DNA from: Gammaproteobacteria bacterium
Lineage (GTDB): Bacteria > Pseudomonadota > Gammaproteobacteria > Eutrophobiales > Eutrophobiaceae
Reading direction: 5' to 3'
NCBI GenBank assembly: GCA_028281365.1
Contig: JANQJZ010000048.1
Coordinates: 5,238-69,237 of the forward strand
DNA: 64,000 bases
The number at the start of each line of letters is the position of its first letter. The first letter of the stretch is position 1. A model generated the notes under the pieces. The model had not been told where the DNA came from and made no database searches. It worked only from the letters and a program-made list of their open reading frames with translations. The position numbers and the translations under genes were made by a program. Below are positions 23,901-33,656 of the stretch, in pieces.

Positions 23901-24498
23901 GGGTATCTGATCCAGTCGTTGGACCATAATCACCACCGGAATAATCTATTGCAGGTGAAGAGACAGGTGTAACAGTCGAAGCGCTGTGCGCTTCGAAATC
24001 CTCGGCATAAACAACCTTATGTTCCGGATCATCGATGGTTGATGCGACATCATCAATCAATTCAACCTGATTTCTAAATTCTTCAGCACGTGCGCTTGAA
24101 TCATATAATGGTGGATCGAGTAATACCGTATATTCGCGGTATAGACGACCTTTAGACCAACTTACTTCAACCAGGAAATTTAGAAATGGTTCACGGATCG
24201 GTTCTGTACTAAACACACGAATATAATCAGGCCCACCATCAACCGAACGGCGTAACGCAAATCTTAAATTACCTAAAATAAAAGCCCGTTCAATCTTTGC
24301 CCGTGCAAATGCTTCGCTATCAGCAAGTGCAACATTAAGAGAATCCAGCTCGTCTGCAGTAGGTGATAATAATTCGATTCTTGCATCAAACGGCTCATTC
24401 AATGCTGAATTAAGATCTAGCCGTCCTAAGCCAAGTGCACTGGCAATAGATGGAACCAGTATCAGTAAAATGGCAAAGTGGAGTTTATGTCTCATCAT
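20977..24498 (-). CDS. fimV: FimV/HubP-like polar landmark protein
   Basis: Signal peptide, ALGLGRL..SALNEPF N-domain, LysM-like DTLWSVA...NPEAF...NGLKRGQIL, coiled coil, TM, acidic region, C-terminal TKLDLAKAYVELGD; sits between asd and truA. Confidence 0.93.
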   Translation of the reverse strand: MMRHKLHFAILLILVPSIASALGLGRLDLNSALNEPFDARIELLSPTADELDSLNVALADSEAFARAKIERAFILGNLRFALRRSVDGGPDYIRVFSTEPIREPFLNFLVEVSWSKGRLYREYTVLLDPPLYDSSARAEEFRNQVELIDDVASTIDDPEHKVVYAEDFEAHSASTVTPVSSPAIDYSGGDYGPTTGSDTLWSVASATRPDSSVSVNQMMLALLRANPEAFNGQNINGLKRGQILRMPDESELTTLTNAQALAEVQSQYTAWGSIKDNLSTAVSERPEVSSVPEPVEAEDEEEVTGQAEEVVESDPELKLVAANESDETTEQAVSVDSGTGNDLILANETIQALTQENIELKDRLQESETLLSDLKRLLELKDDELAALQEQMARSDAAAEAEEVIEEEPVAEEEEVIEEEVIEEEPEELVEEEPVAEEEELIEEEPVAEEEEVIEEEPEELVEEEPVAEEEELIEEEPEEVIEVIDEPAPADAGIMGMVNQYLGPVKEMLLGNPIIGMAVGGVILLLLIVIVILKFKKEPAEVMHIDAPTAEAFPDFDSGDLGDTGGEAPDSEAVTALPESESEAETAMPEEEAPEFDLDTDDEQEEEEKTQFIAPEAAAPDEEEAEEDPLQEVNTYLAFEQFDQAEEMVRNAINDDPENPEYYTKLLEVFYTSGNKKGYEEIAKVLHDKFGEADENWGMAVAMWQEMSPNRALFEEGADDEDDGAAETTGGGFVDVTADEESGGGDEGGLDFDIGTGAEAAETPATDSNDGALDLTASEEGEDILDVTAAVGIEADSEALPEPGADEDMLDISGTGAGTGAEDLLDVTAATGTDEPAESTEASTDDDMLDLSAGSADSEDLLDVTTAADLELDTEEDLLDVTAATSAGADSDELLDVGTEPESEAAAEPADDDNVLDFDLASATDTEAESEVVTDESGAGEIELDTGDEEPVQPDSGDDSAGDGEISLDFDMGEATDDVTAEGGDEISLDMDAGADSVAKEDSEISLDLDMGETSEGGIELDMSEADDGISLDTDSDSKPEVSPDIAGESEEPTDGAELDFDLNMDADSEEPATDEQPAADIDLEGTVEMPKMALPSEDEDDDDDEDHTVFVPRAAQPEEQSVEDEVATKLDLAKAYVELGDKESAKTILDEVMVEGNDEQKKQAEELLAQV
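23058..23297 (-). repeat. intragenic tandem repeats encoding PVAEEEE(V/L)IEEE and PEELVEEE units in FimV
   Basis: Near-identical DNA units such as ttcttctataacctcttcttcttccgcaaccggttc occur four times. Confidence 0.85.
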
Positions 24499-24516
24499 TA
24501 CTCAGCTTCCTTGAAT

Positions 24517-24900
24517 TCAATTTTGCGGTGGATCAATCAGGAATGAATACTTACGAACGATATGTCCATCAGACCAACCGATATCCAGTGTAAATTCTAT
24601 AACCGGCTCACGAACTACATCACTGCTGGAGATCTTTAAATAGCTACCGGTATCGCTTTTTACCAGCTCATATTTTAATTGATAGCGACTGACATTATTT
24701 TCAGCATTTTGAGTGAGTTCTATCTCAAGATGATCCAATTCATCCGGATTGTCCGTGATAATATCAATCCGCACATCAAGTCTTTGATTTAAATAGGATT
24801 TTATATCTGCGTTAGATAACACCAGGGCATGACCAAAAGAACTATATAAGCCCAAACAAATGACCACTATTAACCTTGAAATTGTTTTGTAGGTACCCAT
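24517..24900 (-). CDS. secreted protein consisting of a FimV N-terminal-like domain only
   Basis: Signal peptide then ALVLSNADIKSYLNQRLDVRIDI...VREPVIEFTLDIGWSDGHIVRKYSFLIDPP, matching FimV ALGLGRLDLNSALNEPFDARIEL...IREPFLNFLVEVSWSKGRLYREYTVLLDPP. Confidence 0.8.
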   Translation of the reverse strand: MGTYKTISRLIVVICLGLYSSFGHALVLSNADIKSYLNQRLDVRIDIITDNPDELDHLEIELTQNAENNVSRYQLKYELVKSDTGSYLKISSSDVVREPVIEFTLDIGWSDGHIVRKYSFLIDPPQN

Positions 24901-25056
24901 TAATTGCGCACTAAATTATTGTTTTATATGATTATTTTGACCCCAATAAGCGCCATCTTCAGCACATTATAAAGCATAAAAACACGCATTATTTTCTCTG
25001 TTTTCGCCCAACACAGAACTTACGAATGTGCTTTATATATTACCGATAACTATAGT

Positions 25057-26082
25057 TTATAAGTAGTGTTTTACCAGAAATTCAGCAATTTGAACACTAT
25101 TTAATGCGGCCCCTTTTCTGACATTGTCTGAAACTACCCACATATTCAATCCACGTGGATGTGAGATATCTTCTCGAATACGACCGACAAATACGGCATC
25201 CTCACCTGCAGCTTCTGAAACTGCTGTTGGATAACCACCATCCTCATGTTTATCAAGTACCGTCACGCCAGGCATGTTTTCCAGTAATTCCCGGGCAAAT
25301 TCAAGTCCGATCTTCTCTTTTGTCTCGATATGTACTGCTTCAGAATGACCATAAAAGACCGGTATCCTGACTGTTGTCGGGTTAACCAAAATTGAATTAT
25401 CTTCAAAAATCTTTCGTGTTTCCCAAACCATTTTCATCTCTTCCTTGGTATAGCCATTTTCCTGAAAAGCATCGATATGCGGTAAAGCATTAAATGCAAT
25501 TTGCTTTGGATAGACACTGCATTCTATATCTTTTGCATTTAATAAATTTGCCGTTTGTGTTGCCAGTTCTTCAATAGCTTCTTTACCTGTTCCAGATACC
25601 GCTTGATACGTACAAACATTAATTCGATCTATACCAACTGCATCATAGATTGGCTTTAGTGCCACCAACATCTGTATTGTTGAGCAGTTTGGGTTAGCTA
25701 TAATGCCTCTGTTTTTATAATCGGCAATAGCATGAGGATTTACTTCGGGTACCACTAAAGGAATATCATCGTCGTACCGAAACTGTGATGTATTATCAAC
25801 AACCACACAACCGGCCTCGGCAGCACGCGGGGCATGTATCTTCGAAACTGATGCACCAGGAGAAAATAACCCGATTTGCACATTACTAAAATCAAATGTT
25901 TCCAGGTCTTCAACAACGAGCTGCTTGTCTTTAAATGGAATTCGTTTACCGACCGATCGACTACTGGCCAAGGCATAGACTTCAGCAACCGGAAAATCAC
26001 GTTGTTCCAATATTGACAACATGGTTTCGCCAACGGCACCCGTTGCACCTGCTACAGCAACATTAAATTTCTTCTCTTCCAT
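25057..26082 (-). CDS. asd: aspartate-semialdehyde dehydrogenase
   Basis: GATGAVG, NPNCSTIQ, YQAVSGTG, DNVRKGAALN. Confidence 0.97.
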   Translation of the reverse strand: MEEKKFNVAVAGATGAVGETMLSILEQRDFPVAEVYALASSRSVGKRIPFKDKQLVVEDLETFDFSNVQIGLFSPGASVSKIHAPRAAEAGCVVVDNTSQFRYDDDIPLVVPEVNPHAIADYKNRGIIANPNCSTIQMLVALKPIYDAVGIDRINVCTYQAVSGTGKEAIEELATQTANLLNAKDIECSVYPKQIAFNALPHIDAFQENGYTKEEMKMVWETRKIFEDNSILVNPTTVRIPVFYGHSEAVHIETKEKIGLEFARELLENMPGVTVLDKHEDGGYPTAVSEAAGEDAVFVGRIREDISHPRGLNMWVVSDNVRKGAALNSVQIAEFLVKHYL

Positions 26083-26111
26083 TTTTTCTACTCTAAAAAC
26101 TAATAATATAA

Positions 26112-27197
26112 TTAAAATTGATTTGATAATGCCGTAACAACAGCATCACCCATTTCATTTGTGCCAACACAAGTCATACCATCTGCATGGATATCTTTTG
26201 TCCTTAATCCATCTGTTAATACCTGGTTTACGGCATTATCAATCTTGTCCGCAATTACATTTTCAGAAAGTGAATAACGCAACAACATGGACAAAGATAA
26301 AATTGTCGCCAATGGATTTGCAATATCCTGTCCCGCAATATCCGGTGCCGAGCCATGAATCGGTTCATACATTCCCTTACCGTCACTTGCTAAAGACGCT
26401 GATGGCAACATGCCTATAGAACCCGTTAACATCGAAGCAAGATCAGAGAGAATGTCGCCAAACATGTTCGTTGTTACAATGACATCAAATTGTTTTGGTT
26501 CACGCACCAATTGCATGGCAGCGTTATCTACATACATATGTTGTAACTCGACATCGGGATAATCTTTGGCAAGTTCACTAATAACTTCGCGCCATAACTC
26601 GGTGGCTTCGAGTACGTTTGCCTTGTCCACTGAACAGACCCGCCCCTGACGTTTACTGGCAACTTCGAATGCAATCCTAGCGATACGTTTTATTTCATTT
26701 TCACTATAGACCAGCGTATTAAATCCCTGACGTTGTCCATCATCAAGCTTCTTAATGCCTCTTGGTTGGCCAAAATAAATGCCGCCTGTTAGTTCCCTGA
26801 CAATCATGATATCCAGGTTATTCACAACATCTGCCTTCAATGTAGACGCTGATGCCAACTGCGGAAATAAAACAGCAGGACGTAAATTGGCAAATAAATC
26901 CAGACCGGCGCGAATAGCCAGGAGCCCCCGTTCCGGTCGTAAGGGCCGGTCGATCTGCTCCCATTTTGGACCGCCAACCGCACCCAATAATACAGCGGCA
27001 GATTCCCTGGCCCTGGCCAGGCTTGAATCTGGCAATGGTACTCCTTCAGCATCAACGGCACTGCCACCGATTAATCCATGTTCAAACTCAAGGTCCAGAG
27101 CCTGTTCATCGATTAAATAAGCAAGTATTTTCTCTGCCTGATTGATAATTTCCGGACCAATACCATCACCCGGTAAGATTAAAATTTTTTTCGTCAC
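26112..27197 (-). CDS. leuB: 3-isopropylmalate dehydrogenase
   Basis: [31 protein letters not shown]. Confidence 0.97.
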   Translation of the reverse strand: MTKKILILPGDGIGPEIINQAEKILAYLIDEQALDLEFEHGLIGGSAVDAEGVPLPDSSLARARESAAVLLGAVGGPKWEQIDRPLRPERGLLAIRAGLDLFANLRPAVLFPQLASASTLKADVVNNLDIMIVRELTGGIYFGQPRGIKKLDDGQRQGFNTLVYSENEIKRIARIAFEVASKRQGRVCSVDKANVLEATELWREVISELAKDYPDVELQHMYVDNAAMQLVREPKQFDVIVTTNMFGDILSDLASMLTGSIGMLPSASLASDGKGMYEPIHGSAPDIAGQDIANPLATILSLSMLLRYSLSENVIADKIDNAVNQVLTDGLRTKDIHADGMTCVGTNEMGDAVVTALSNQF

Positions 27198-27286
27198 GAT
27201 CTAATTTTCCAGGGCCTTGCAGCATATCTTTTGCAAAGGGCGCAAAGCATACATCAAAATCAACCCAGGTCGAACTATTGTTAAGG

Positions 27287-28183
27287 CTAATCCCGAGTAT
27301 TGTCGCTTTTTAATACACTAATCAGACCAGCAGCGATAATAAGTACCCCGCCGAAATATTCATTTTTTTGTACAATTTCATTTGTTAACAACGCCGCCGA
27401 GACAGCGCCGGCCACTACTTCCATCAAAAACAGGATCGATGAACGTTGGATCGGTAAATGTGTAACACCATATTGTGCCGTCCATGTCATAACAAACATA
27501 AAAGGAAAACCCAGTAAAAAAACCAATAGTCCGGATTGAATCGTGATTGGAGGCCTGGGAACTTCAACAATAAATAAACCTAACAAGGTAAGGACTATTA
27601 CGCCTGCCCAGGCTGATCCCATTTTAAATTGTATAGGTACATTACCCGTCTTACGCACAACGATATTGGTCATGGCAAAAGTCAGTCCTGAACTAATGGC
27701 AAACAGATCAGCGCGGCTCATTAACACCATATAATCCAGATCTGTTTGCCAGAGCATCAATATTGCTCCCAACATCGCAATGATTAATGCTATTGCACTC
27801 GTTAATGTCAGGCGTTCACCTAATATAAAGATTGCCATCAGGATTGCCCATATCGGCGATAAATAAAATAACAACAAGACCCTGACAACTTCGCCTTCCA
27901 ACATAGCCAGAATAAATGCAAAATTTGTCCAACCTGCGAACAGACTAATCAGGGCATATTCAATTTTATTTGCCAGAAATACCGAACGTTTCTGCCAACA
28001 TGGAATAATGATGAAAAAAATTGCAGAACAATATAAAAGTAAGGCAGACCACAAACCGTGAAAACCCATTGCCTCCAATAAACGAAGTGGATACCACAGC
28101 ACGCCCCACAAGATAGCCGCAATGATGCACGAAATTGATGCTAAATATTGTGATCTCATTTGGGGAGATGAAGTCGATAGCAT
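27287..28183 (-). CDS. DMT/EamA family transporter
   Basis: About 10 hydrophobic helices in two repeats, LLFYLSPIW...ILGERL; start uncertain. Confidence 0.85.
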   Translation of the reverse strand: MLSTSSPQMRSQYLASISCIIAAILWGVLWYPLRLLEAMGFHGLWSALLLYCSAIFFIIIPCWQKRSVFLANKIEYALISLFAGWTNFAFILAMLEGEVVRVLLLFYLSPIWAILMAIFILGERLTLTSAIALIIAMLGAILMLWQTDLDYMVLMSRADLFAISSGLTFAMTNIVVRKTGNVPIQFKMGSAWAGVIVLTLLGLFIVEVPRPPITIQSGLLVFLLGFPFMFVMTWTAQYGVTHLPIQRSSILFLMEVVAGAVSAALLTNEIVQKNEYFGGVLIIAAGLISVLKSDNTRD

Positions 28184-28228
28184 ATACTTGGCCGTTTTCT
28201 GTACGTCATTAAATTAATTGTATTACTA

Positions 28229-29431
28229 ATGAATCCTGGTTTAGAAAATTTACACGCTTATCCTTTTGAAAAGTTGAACATGCTGCTTGAAGGATGCGTC
28301 GCCAATGCTGATAAAACAGCAATCAGTCTTGCTATTGGCGAACCGAAGCATCCGACACCGAAATTCATACTGGATTCACTACATTCCAACCTGGACGATA
28401 TTGCAATCTATCCTACCACACGCGGTGCTGATGAATTACGCCAGACTTTTAGTCAATGGTTATGCCAACGATTTAATTTACCGGAAGGATCGATTAACCC
28501 GGAACGACATGTGCTACCGGTCAATGGTACCCGGGAAGCATTATTTGCAATCACACAAACACTAATTAATAGTGATAAGGAAAAACCTTTAGTTGCATTA
28601 CCGAATCCCTTCTATCAAATCTATGAAGGGGCGGCATTACTTGCAGGAGCAGAACCCTATTATCTTAACTGCACAAAAGAAAATAATTTTATCCCCAACC
28701 TTACATCCGTCCCTGATAATATCTGGCAACGATGCCAACTTATTTATCTTTGTTCTCCTGGTAATCCTAGCGGTGCTATCATTGATGAAGAAACTGTCAA
28801 ACAATTACTAAATCTGGCTGAACAATACGATTTTGTCATTGCTGCAGATGAATGCTATTCAGAAATATATTTCGATGAGACACAGCCACCACAAGGACTA
28901 CTTGAATATGCAAATAAACTGGGCAATGAAAACTACAGGCGTTGTCTTGTATTTCATAGCCTGTCAAAACGGTCTAATGTACCTGGTTTGCGATCCGGTT
29001 TTGTCGCCGGGGATAGCGATCTGATCGATCTGTTTTTTCGTTATAGAACCTATCATGGTTGTGCCATGCCTGCACATACACAAAAAGCGAGTATTGCAGC
29101 CTGGCAAGACGAAACACATGTGATACAAAACAGAAAAAAATATAGGGAAAAATTCCAGCAAGTCTGTAAAGTATTAAGTCCGAGCCTGGATGTTGAACCG
29201 CCACCTGCAAGTTTTTATCTCTGGCCAGAGCTGCCTGGTTCGGACACAGATTTTGCAAGGGAATTATATAAACACGAAAACATAAAAGTATTACCCGGTT
29301 CTTATTTATCGCGGGATAATAACGGTATCAATCCTGGTAAAGACCATGTGCGGATTGCACTGGTTGCGGAACTTGAAGAATGCATCGATGCTGCAAACAG
29401 AATTAACACATTTATTAAAAAATCATACTGA
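28229..29431 (+). CDS. dapC: succinyldiaminopimelate transaminase
   Basis: YPFEKL, IGEPKH, CSPGNPSG, DECYSE, SLSKRSNVPGLRSG; directly upstream of dapD. Confidence 0.93.
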   Translation: MNPGLENLHAYPFEKLNMLLEGCVANADKTAISLAIGEPKHPTPKFILDSLHSNLDDIAIYPTTRGADELRQTFSQWLCQRFNLPEGSINPERHVLPVNGTREALFAITQTLINSDKEKPLVALPNPFYQIYEGAALLAGAEPYYLNCTKENNFIPNLTSVPDNIWQRCQLIYLCSPGNPSGAIIDEETVKQLLNLAEQYDFVIAADECYSEIYFDETQPPQGLLEYANKLGNENYRRCLVFHSLSKRSNVPGLRSGFVAGDSDLIDLFFRYRTYHGCAMPAHTQKASIAAWQDETHVIQNRKKYREKFQQVCKVLSPSLDVEPPPASFYLWPELPGSDTDFARELYKHENIKVLPGSYLSRDNNGINPGKDHVRIALVAELEECIDAANRINTFIKKSY

Positions 29432-29443
29432 TTAGGAATATCC

Positions 29444-30265
29444 ATGAGTGAATTAGAGAAATTAATTACTGAACAATTTGATAACCGGGCCGAGCTCGAA
29501 AAAAATGACCCCAGCAAGGAACTTAAGGACGCTGTGGAAGAATGTATCTGGAAACTGGACAGTGGTCAGGCAAGGATTGCAGAAAAGATTGATGGCGAAT
29601 GGGTCGTGCATCAATGGTTAAAAAAAGCCGTGTTGCTTTCTTTCATTATTGATAAAAACATCGTTATACAGGGTGGCCACACAAATTATTTTGACAAGAT
29701 TCCAAACAAATTTTACGGCTATACCAAAACCAATTTCATCGAAACCGGTGCGCGTGTCGTCCCCACTGCAACTGTAAGACGTGGCAGTTACATTGGCCAG
29801 AACGTCGTGTTAATGCCCAGTTTTGTCAATATCGGTGCCTATGTAGATAACGGCACAATGGTTGATACCTGGGCTACGGTCGGGTCATGTGCCCAGATCG
29901 GAAAAAATGTTCATCTGTCTGGCGGTGTCGGTATCGGCGGAGTACTGGAGCCATTACAGGCCAACCCAACGATTATTGAAGACAACTGTTTTATCGGTGC
30001 CCGTTCAGAAGTTGTCGAAGGTGTCATCGTTGGCGAAGGTTCTGTTATTTCAATGGGTGTTTACATCGGCCAAAGTACACGTATCTATAACCGTGATACA
30101 GATGAGATCAGTTATGGTTATGTTCCCCCCGGATCGGTAGTCGTTTCCGGAAACTTACCCTCTAATGATGGCAAATACAGCTTGTATTGCGCCGTTATTG
30201 TTAAAACTGTGGATGAGAAAACAAGAAGTAAGGTTGGTATCAACGAAATTCTTCGAGATCTCTAA
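29444..30265 (+). CDS. dapD: tetrahydrodipicolinate N-succinyltransferase
   Basis: [44 protein letters not shown]. Confidence 0.98.
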   Translation: MSELEKLITEQFDNRAELEKNDPSKELKDAVEECIWKLDSGQARIAEKIDGEWVVHQWLKKAVLLSFIIDKNIVIQGGHTNYFDKIPNKFYGYTKTNFIETGARVVPTATVRRGSYIGQNVVLMPSFVNIGAYVDNGTMVDTWATVGSCAQIGKNVHLSGGVGIGGVLEPLQANPTIIEDNCFIGARSEVVEGVIVGEGSVISMGVYIGQSTRIYNRDTDEISYGYVPPGSVVVSGNLPSNDGKYSLYCAVIVKTVDEKTRSKVGINEILRDL

Positions 30266-30271
30266 AAAGGT

Positions 30272-30628
30272 ATGTCATCAAAAACTGTTACGCTTTACGG
30301 TATAAAAAATTGCGACACAGTTAAAAAAGCACGGCAATGGCTAGACAAACAGGCCGTGCCTTATAGCTTCCATGATTTTCGTAAAGACGGCATAAACAAA
30401 ACATTGGTTAATGATTTTCTAAAACAGATCGATATGGAAATATTAATTAATAAACGTGGGACCAGTTGGCGAAAATTAACGGATAAGGAAAAGGACATTA
30501 AAACAAAAAACCAGGCTGTTAAAATAATGCTTGAACATCCTACCGTAATTAAACGGCCTGTATTACTAAAAAATAAAAAATATTATATCGGTTTTAATGA
30601 TGAGTTGTATAAGTCTATAAAATTCTAG
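30272..30628 (+). CDS. ArsC/Spx family protein (YffB-like)
   Basis: YGIKNCDTVKKA, INKRGTSWRKL, PTVIKRP. Confidence 0.92.
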   Translation: MSSKTVTLYGIKNCDTVKKARQWLDKQAVPYSFHDFRKDGINKTLVNDFLKQIDMEILINKRGTSWRKLTDKEKDIKTKNQAVKIMLEHPTVIKRPVLLKNKKYYIGFNDELYKSIKF

Positions 30629-30643
30629 TTTGCCTGCTTTTTT

Positions 30644-32572
30644 CTAGTCACATTTATCAGTCAAAATCTTTTTCAATTGAATATCAGACGCAATATCCTT
30701 TTTACCCTTGAATATCTTACATGCGGCATCAATATCATTTTTCAAAATATAGGTTTTAACAAGGTTGATATTTGCAAATTGATAATCCTTTCTTATATTT
30801 AGTGCCTTGTTAAAATGTATAACCGCAGAATCATAGTTACCCTGTTTTGCATCAATGATTCCAATCTGGACAAAGGCATCCGCCAGCGAAGGATCATATT
30901 TAATCGACTTGTAAAAATGCGCCCTGGCTAATTTAAATTCATTTAATACACCGTAAATTTCAGCAATATTATAATGTGTAGGCGAATAATCCGGGACCAG
31001 GGAAATCGATTTCTTATATGAATTTATTGCATCATTATATTTTCCATCTAATGATAAGGTATGCGCCATATTATAATGTAGTAAAAAATTATCAGGTGTA
31101 ATATGAGATGCAATTGTATAATGCTCAATCGCATTATCTAAATCACCAATCTTTTTTAAAGCATTAGCAAAATTAATATGCGCATTCGCATGGTCAGGTT
31201 TTAATCTTATAGCATGTTTAAAATGAATAAGTGATTCCTCAACCCGACCTGTTTTAGATAACTCTGTTGCAAGATTATAATGTGCACGATAACTGGCCTG
31301 GTTTTTATTAATTACATCCCGCCACATTACCTCTGCACTTTTCCAGGTTTCATTCCTTATATGAGTACCCATACCGAGTAGAAAAATAATCAACATGCAT
31401 ACGATATAAGTAGTATTTTTGTAGTTAATTAATGCATTGATTAATAAATAAGCACTTGCTATTGCTAAACCTGTCATTGGAAGATAAAGACGATGCTCAA
31501 AAATTATCTCCAACGGAATTAATGTAGATTCAATCGATAAGTGTAGATAAAACCATATTATGCAAAATGAAATCAGCCTGTATTTCCTTGCATATAGAAT
31601 GGCAATACCTAATACCAAAATATGAAAAATAATGGCAATCGCTGTCGTTACCGGATCAAATAATGAAGATGAGATTGGAAACTCGTGAATTAAATTCAGC
31701 CGCGAAGGTAAAGGCAAAATAAATAAACCAAGGTAAAATACGATGACTCTCGACTGTGTTAATAATCGTTCATACATTGTAAAATCGCGCGCGTTATACC
31801 CCTCCTGAATAGTTGTAATTGGTGAACCACCCAAGTAAAAATAAGCACTGGCTACAATTAATAGCACTGCAAATAACATGAATGGAAGATTTTGTTTTAA
31901 CCAACTCCATTCAAGATTCCGGAAAAAATACCATTCAAACATTAAAATTGTAATTGGTAATAAGACAGCAATCTCTTTACAACCGAGGGAAAGGAACCAC
32001 GAAAATATTGCCGTAACATATAAAACTATTTTCAGCCATTTCGTTCCATCTATTTGCCTGGCAACAATGTAGACGCATAATGACAACAAATAGAAAAGTG
32101 TCGCCATACTATTCATTCTTTGAACAATATAGGTAACAGATTGAGTTTGAATGGGGTGGGCTATAAAAATACTGGCAGCAAAAGCAGCAATTAAAAAAAC
32201 TGGCGAGAAGACCCTGTCATCTTTAACCGGGTGCCGTTGAAGTATTAATCGTGTTAAAAAGTAAACCAGTATTCCATTAATAAAATGTATCAGGATATTG
32301 ACTACGTGGTATGAGTAAACGTTTAACTTATCGAAATAAAAATTTATTGCAAAACTGATATTTGCAATTGGCCGTGTTGGTAATCTGGCTTCAGCTACTA
32401 CATTGCGTAATGTATTAAATTTTAAATCTGAAATATGTATGGCTTCGACGTGTGAAATATTTTTTTCATCATCGAAAATAAAAGGAACATTCAGACTATT
32501 TGCATAGATAGAAACTACTATAACGAAAAGGAATAAAAAAAGACCAACATGAAGTTTGGTGTTAACACTCAA
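30644..32572 (-). CDS. multi-pass membrane protein with C-terminal TPR repeats (TMTC/GT-C-like)
   Basis: PFIFDD first loop, RP, HPIQTQSVTYIVQR, KE, EHRLYLP, RNETW, then several TPRs; TTG start. Confidence 0.8.
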   Translation of the reverse strand: MSVNTKLHVGLFLFLFVIVVSIYANSLNVPFIFDDEKNISHVEAIHISDLKFNTLRNVVAEARLPTRPIANISFAINFYFDKLNVYSYHVVNILIHFINGILVYFLTRLILQRHPVKDDRVFSPVFLIAAFAASIFIAHPIQTQSVTYIVQRMNSMATLFYLLSLCVYIVARQIDGTKWLKIVLYVTAIFSWFLSLGCKEIAVLLPITILMFEWYFFRNLEWSWLKQNLPFMLFAVLLIVASAYFYLGGSPITTIQEGYNARDFTMYERLLTQSRVIVFYLGLFILPLPSRLNLIHEFPISSSLFDPVTTAIAIIFHILVLGIAILYARKYRLISFCIIWFYLHLSIESTLIPLEIIFEHRLYLPMTGLAIASAYLLINALINYKNTTYIVCMLIIFLLGMGTHIRNETWKSAEVMWRDVINKNQASYRAHYNLATELSKTGRVEESLIHFKHAIRLKPDHANAHINFANALKKIGDLDNAIEHYTIASHITPDNFLLHYNMAHTLSLDGKYNDAINSYKKSISLVPDYSPTHYNIAEIYGVLNEFKLARAHFYKSIKYDPSLADAFVQIGIIDAKQGNYDSAVIHFNKALNIRKDYQFANINLVKTYILKNDIDAACKIFKGKKDIASDIQLKKILTDKCD

Positions 32573-32609
32573 GTTAATATTTTATAAAAACAGGTTAAAG
32601 TATTATTAA

Positions 32610-33008
32610 TTATTTTGGTTTGACATAAAGTACCAGACTATGCTCGACTAATTCATAACCATGTTTTTCTGCAATCTCTTTTTGCAAACGTTCAATCTCT
32701 TCATTCTGAAATTCAATTACTTCACCTGTGTTTAAACAAACCATATGATCATGATGTACACCACGATCCAGTTCAAAAACCGAATGGCCGGAATCAAAAT
32801 GATGTCGAATAACCAGACCCGCTGCTTCAAATTGTGTTAGTACCCGATATACAGTCGCCAAACCAACTTCTTCATCATGCTCCAATAATGTTTTGTAAAC
32901 ATCTTCAGCACTCATATGGCGCTCACTGGATTCTTCCAGTATTTGTAAAATGCGAATCCTGGGTAGTGTTGCTTTAAGTCCGGCTTTTTTTAAGTCAATG
33001 GCTTCCAA
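32610..33008 (-). CDS. fur: ferric uptake regulator
   Basis: LKKAGLKATLPR, GLATVYRVLTQFE, HHDHMVC; TTG start at 33008 after GGAGG. Confidence 0.97.
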   Translation of the reverse strand: MEAIDLKKAGLKATLPRIRILQILEESSERHMSAEDVYKTLLEHDEEVGLATVYRVLTQFEAAGLVIRHHFDSGHSVFELDRGVHHDHMVCLNTGEVIEFQNEEIERLQKEIAEKHGYELVEHSLVLYVKPK

Positions 33009-33169
33009 TGTGACCTCCAGCAATAATATGTAGATAATGAAAGGGTTGCCGAAATTGCTGAAAAAGTATACTTGATACAAAAATAAATGTCGTTGAGGAA
33101 ATTGGCAACAACAGTTATCCTGCCCCGTCCCGAAAATGACTATAATAGATTCTAAATAGACTATAACAC

Positions 33170-33637
33170 ATGAATAAATCAGTAGTTTTTATCTTTATCG
33201 CGTTGATGCTAACTGCGTGTAGCCGTAGTTACGATGGTGGTTATAACCTTCCCCTGCTCTATAAAATTGATATCCAGCAGGGGAACGTCATCGAACAGGA
33301 AATGATTGATAAACTCAAACCCGGCATGGATAAAAACCAGGTCAAATTCATTATGGGGACACCGGTATTAATCGATCCATTTCATAATGACCGCTGGGAA
33401 TATATTTACAGTTTTCAAAAAGGAGGCAATGTAAGAGAACAGCGTCATATTACCCTGCACTTTGAAGAAGAAAAACTGGCTTATATTTCAGGCGATATAG
33501 AAGTATCCAACCTGCCCCGAAAACAAAACGATATTGTCACAGAAGAAGAGGCGATCGTCGTTCCTGAAAAAGAAAAAGAAGAAAAAGGGATATTCAGTCG
33601 TATGCTGGATGCGATAAACCCGCTGGATGATGAATAA
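33170..33637 (+). CDS. bamE: outer membrane protein assembly lipoprotein
   Basis: Lipobox LTAC, IDIQQGN, GMDKNQVKFIMGTP, RWEY; divergent from fur. Confidence 0.95.
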   Translation: MNKSVVFIFIALMLTACSRSYDGGYNLPLLYKIDIQQGNVIEQEMIDKLKPGMDKNQVKFIMGTPVLIDPFHNDRWEYIYSFQKGGNVREQRHITLHFEEEKLAYISGDIEVSNLPRKQNDIVTEEEAIVVPEKEKEEKGIFSRMLDAINPLDDE

Positions 33638-33656
33638 ATCTTAAATTCAAAATTTT

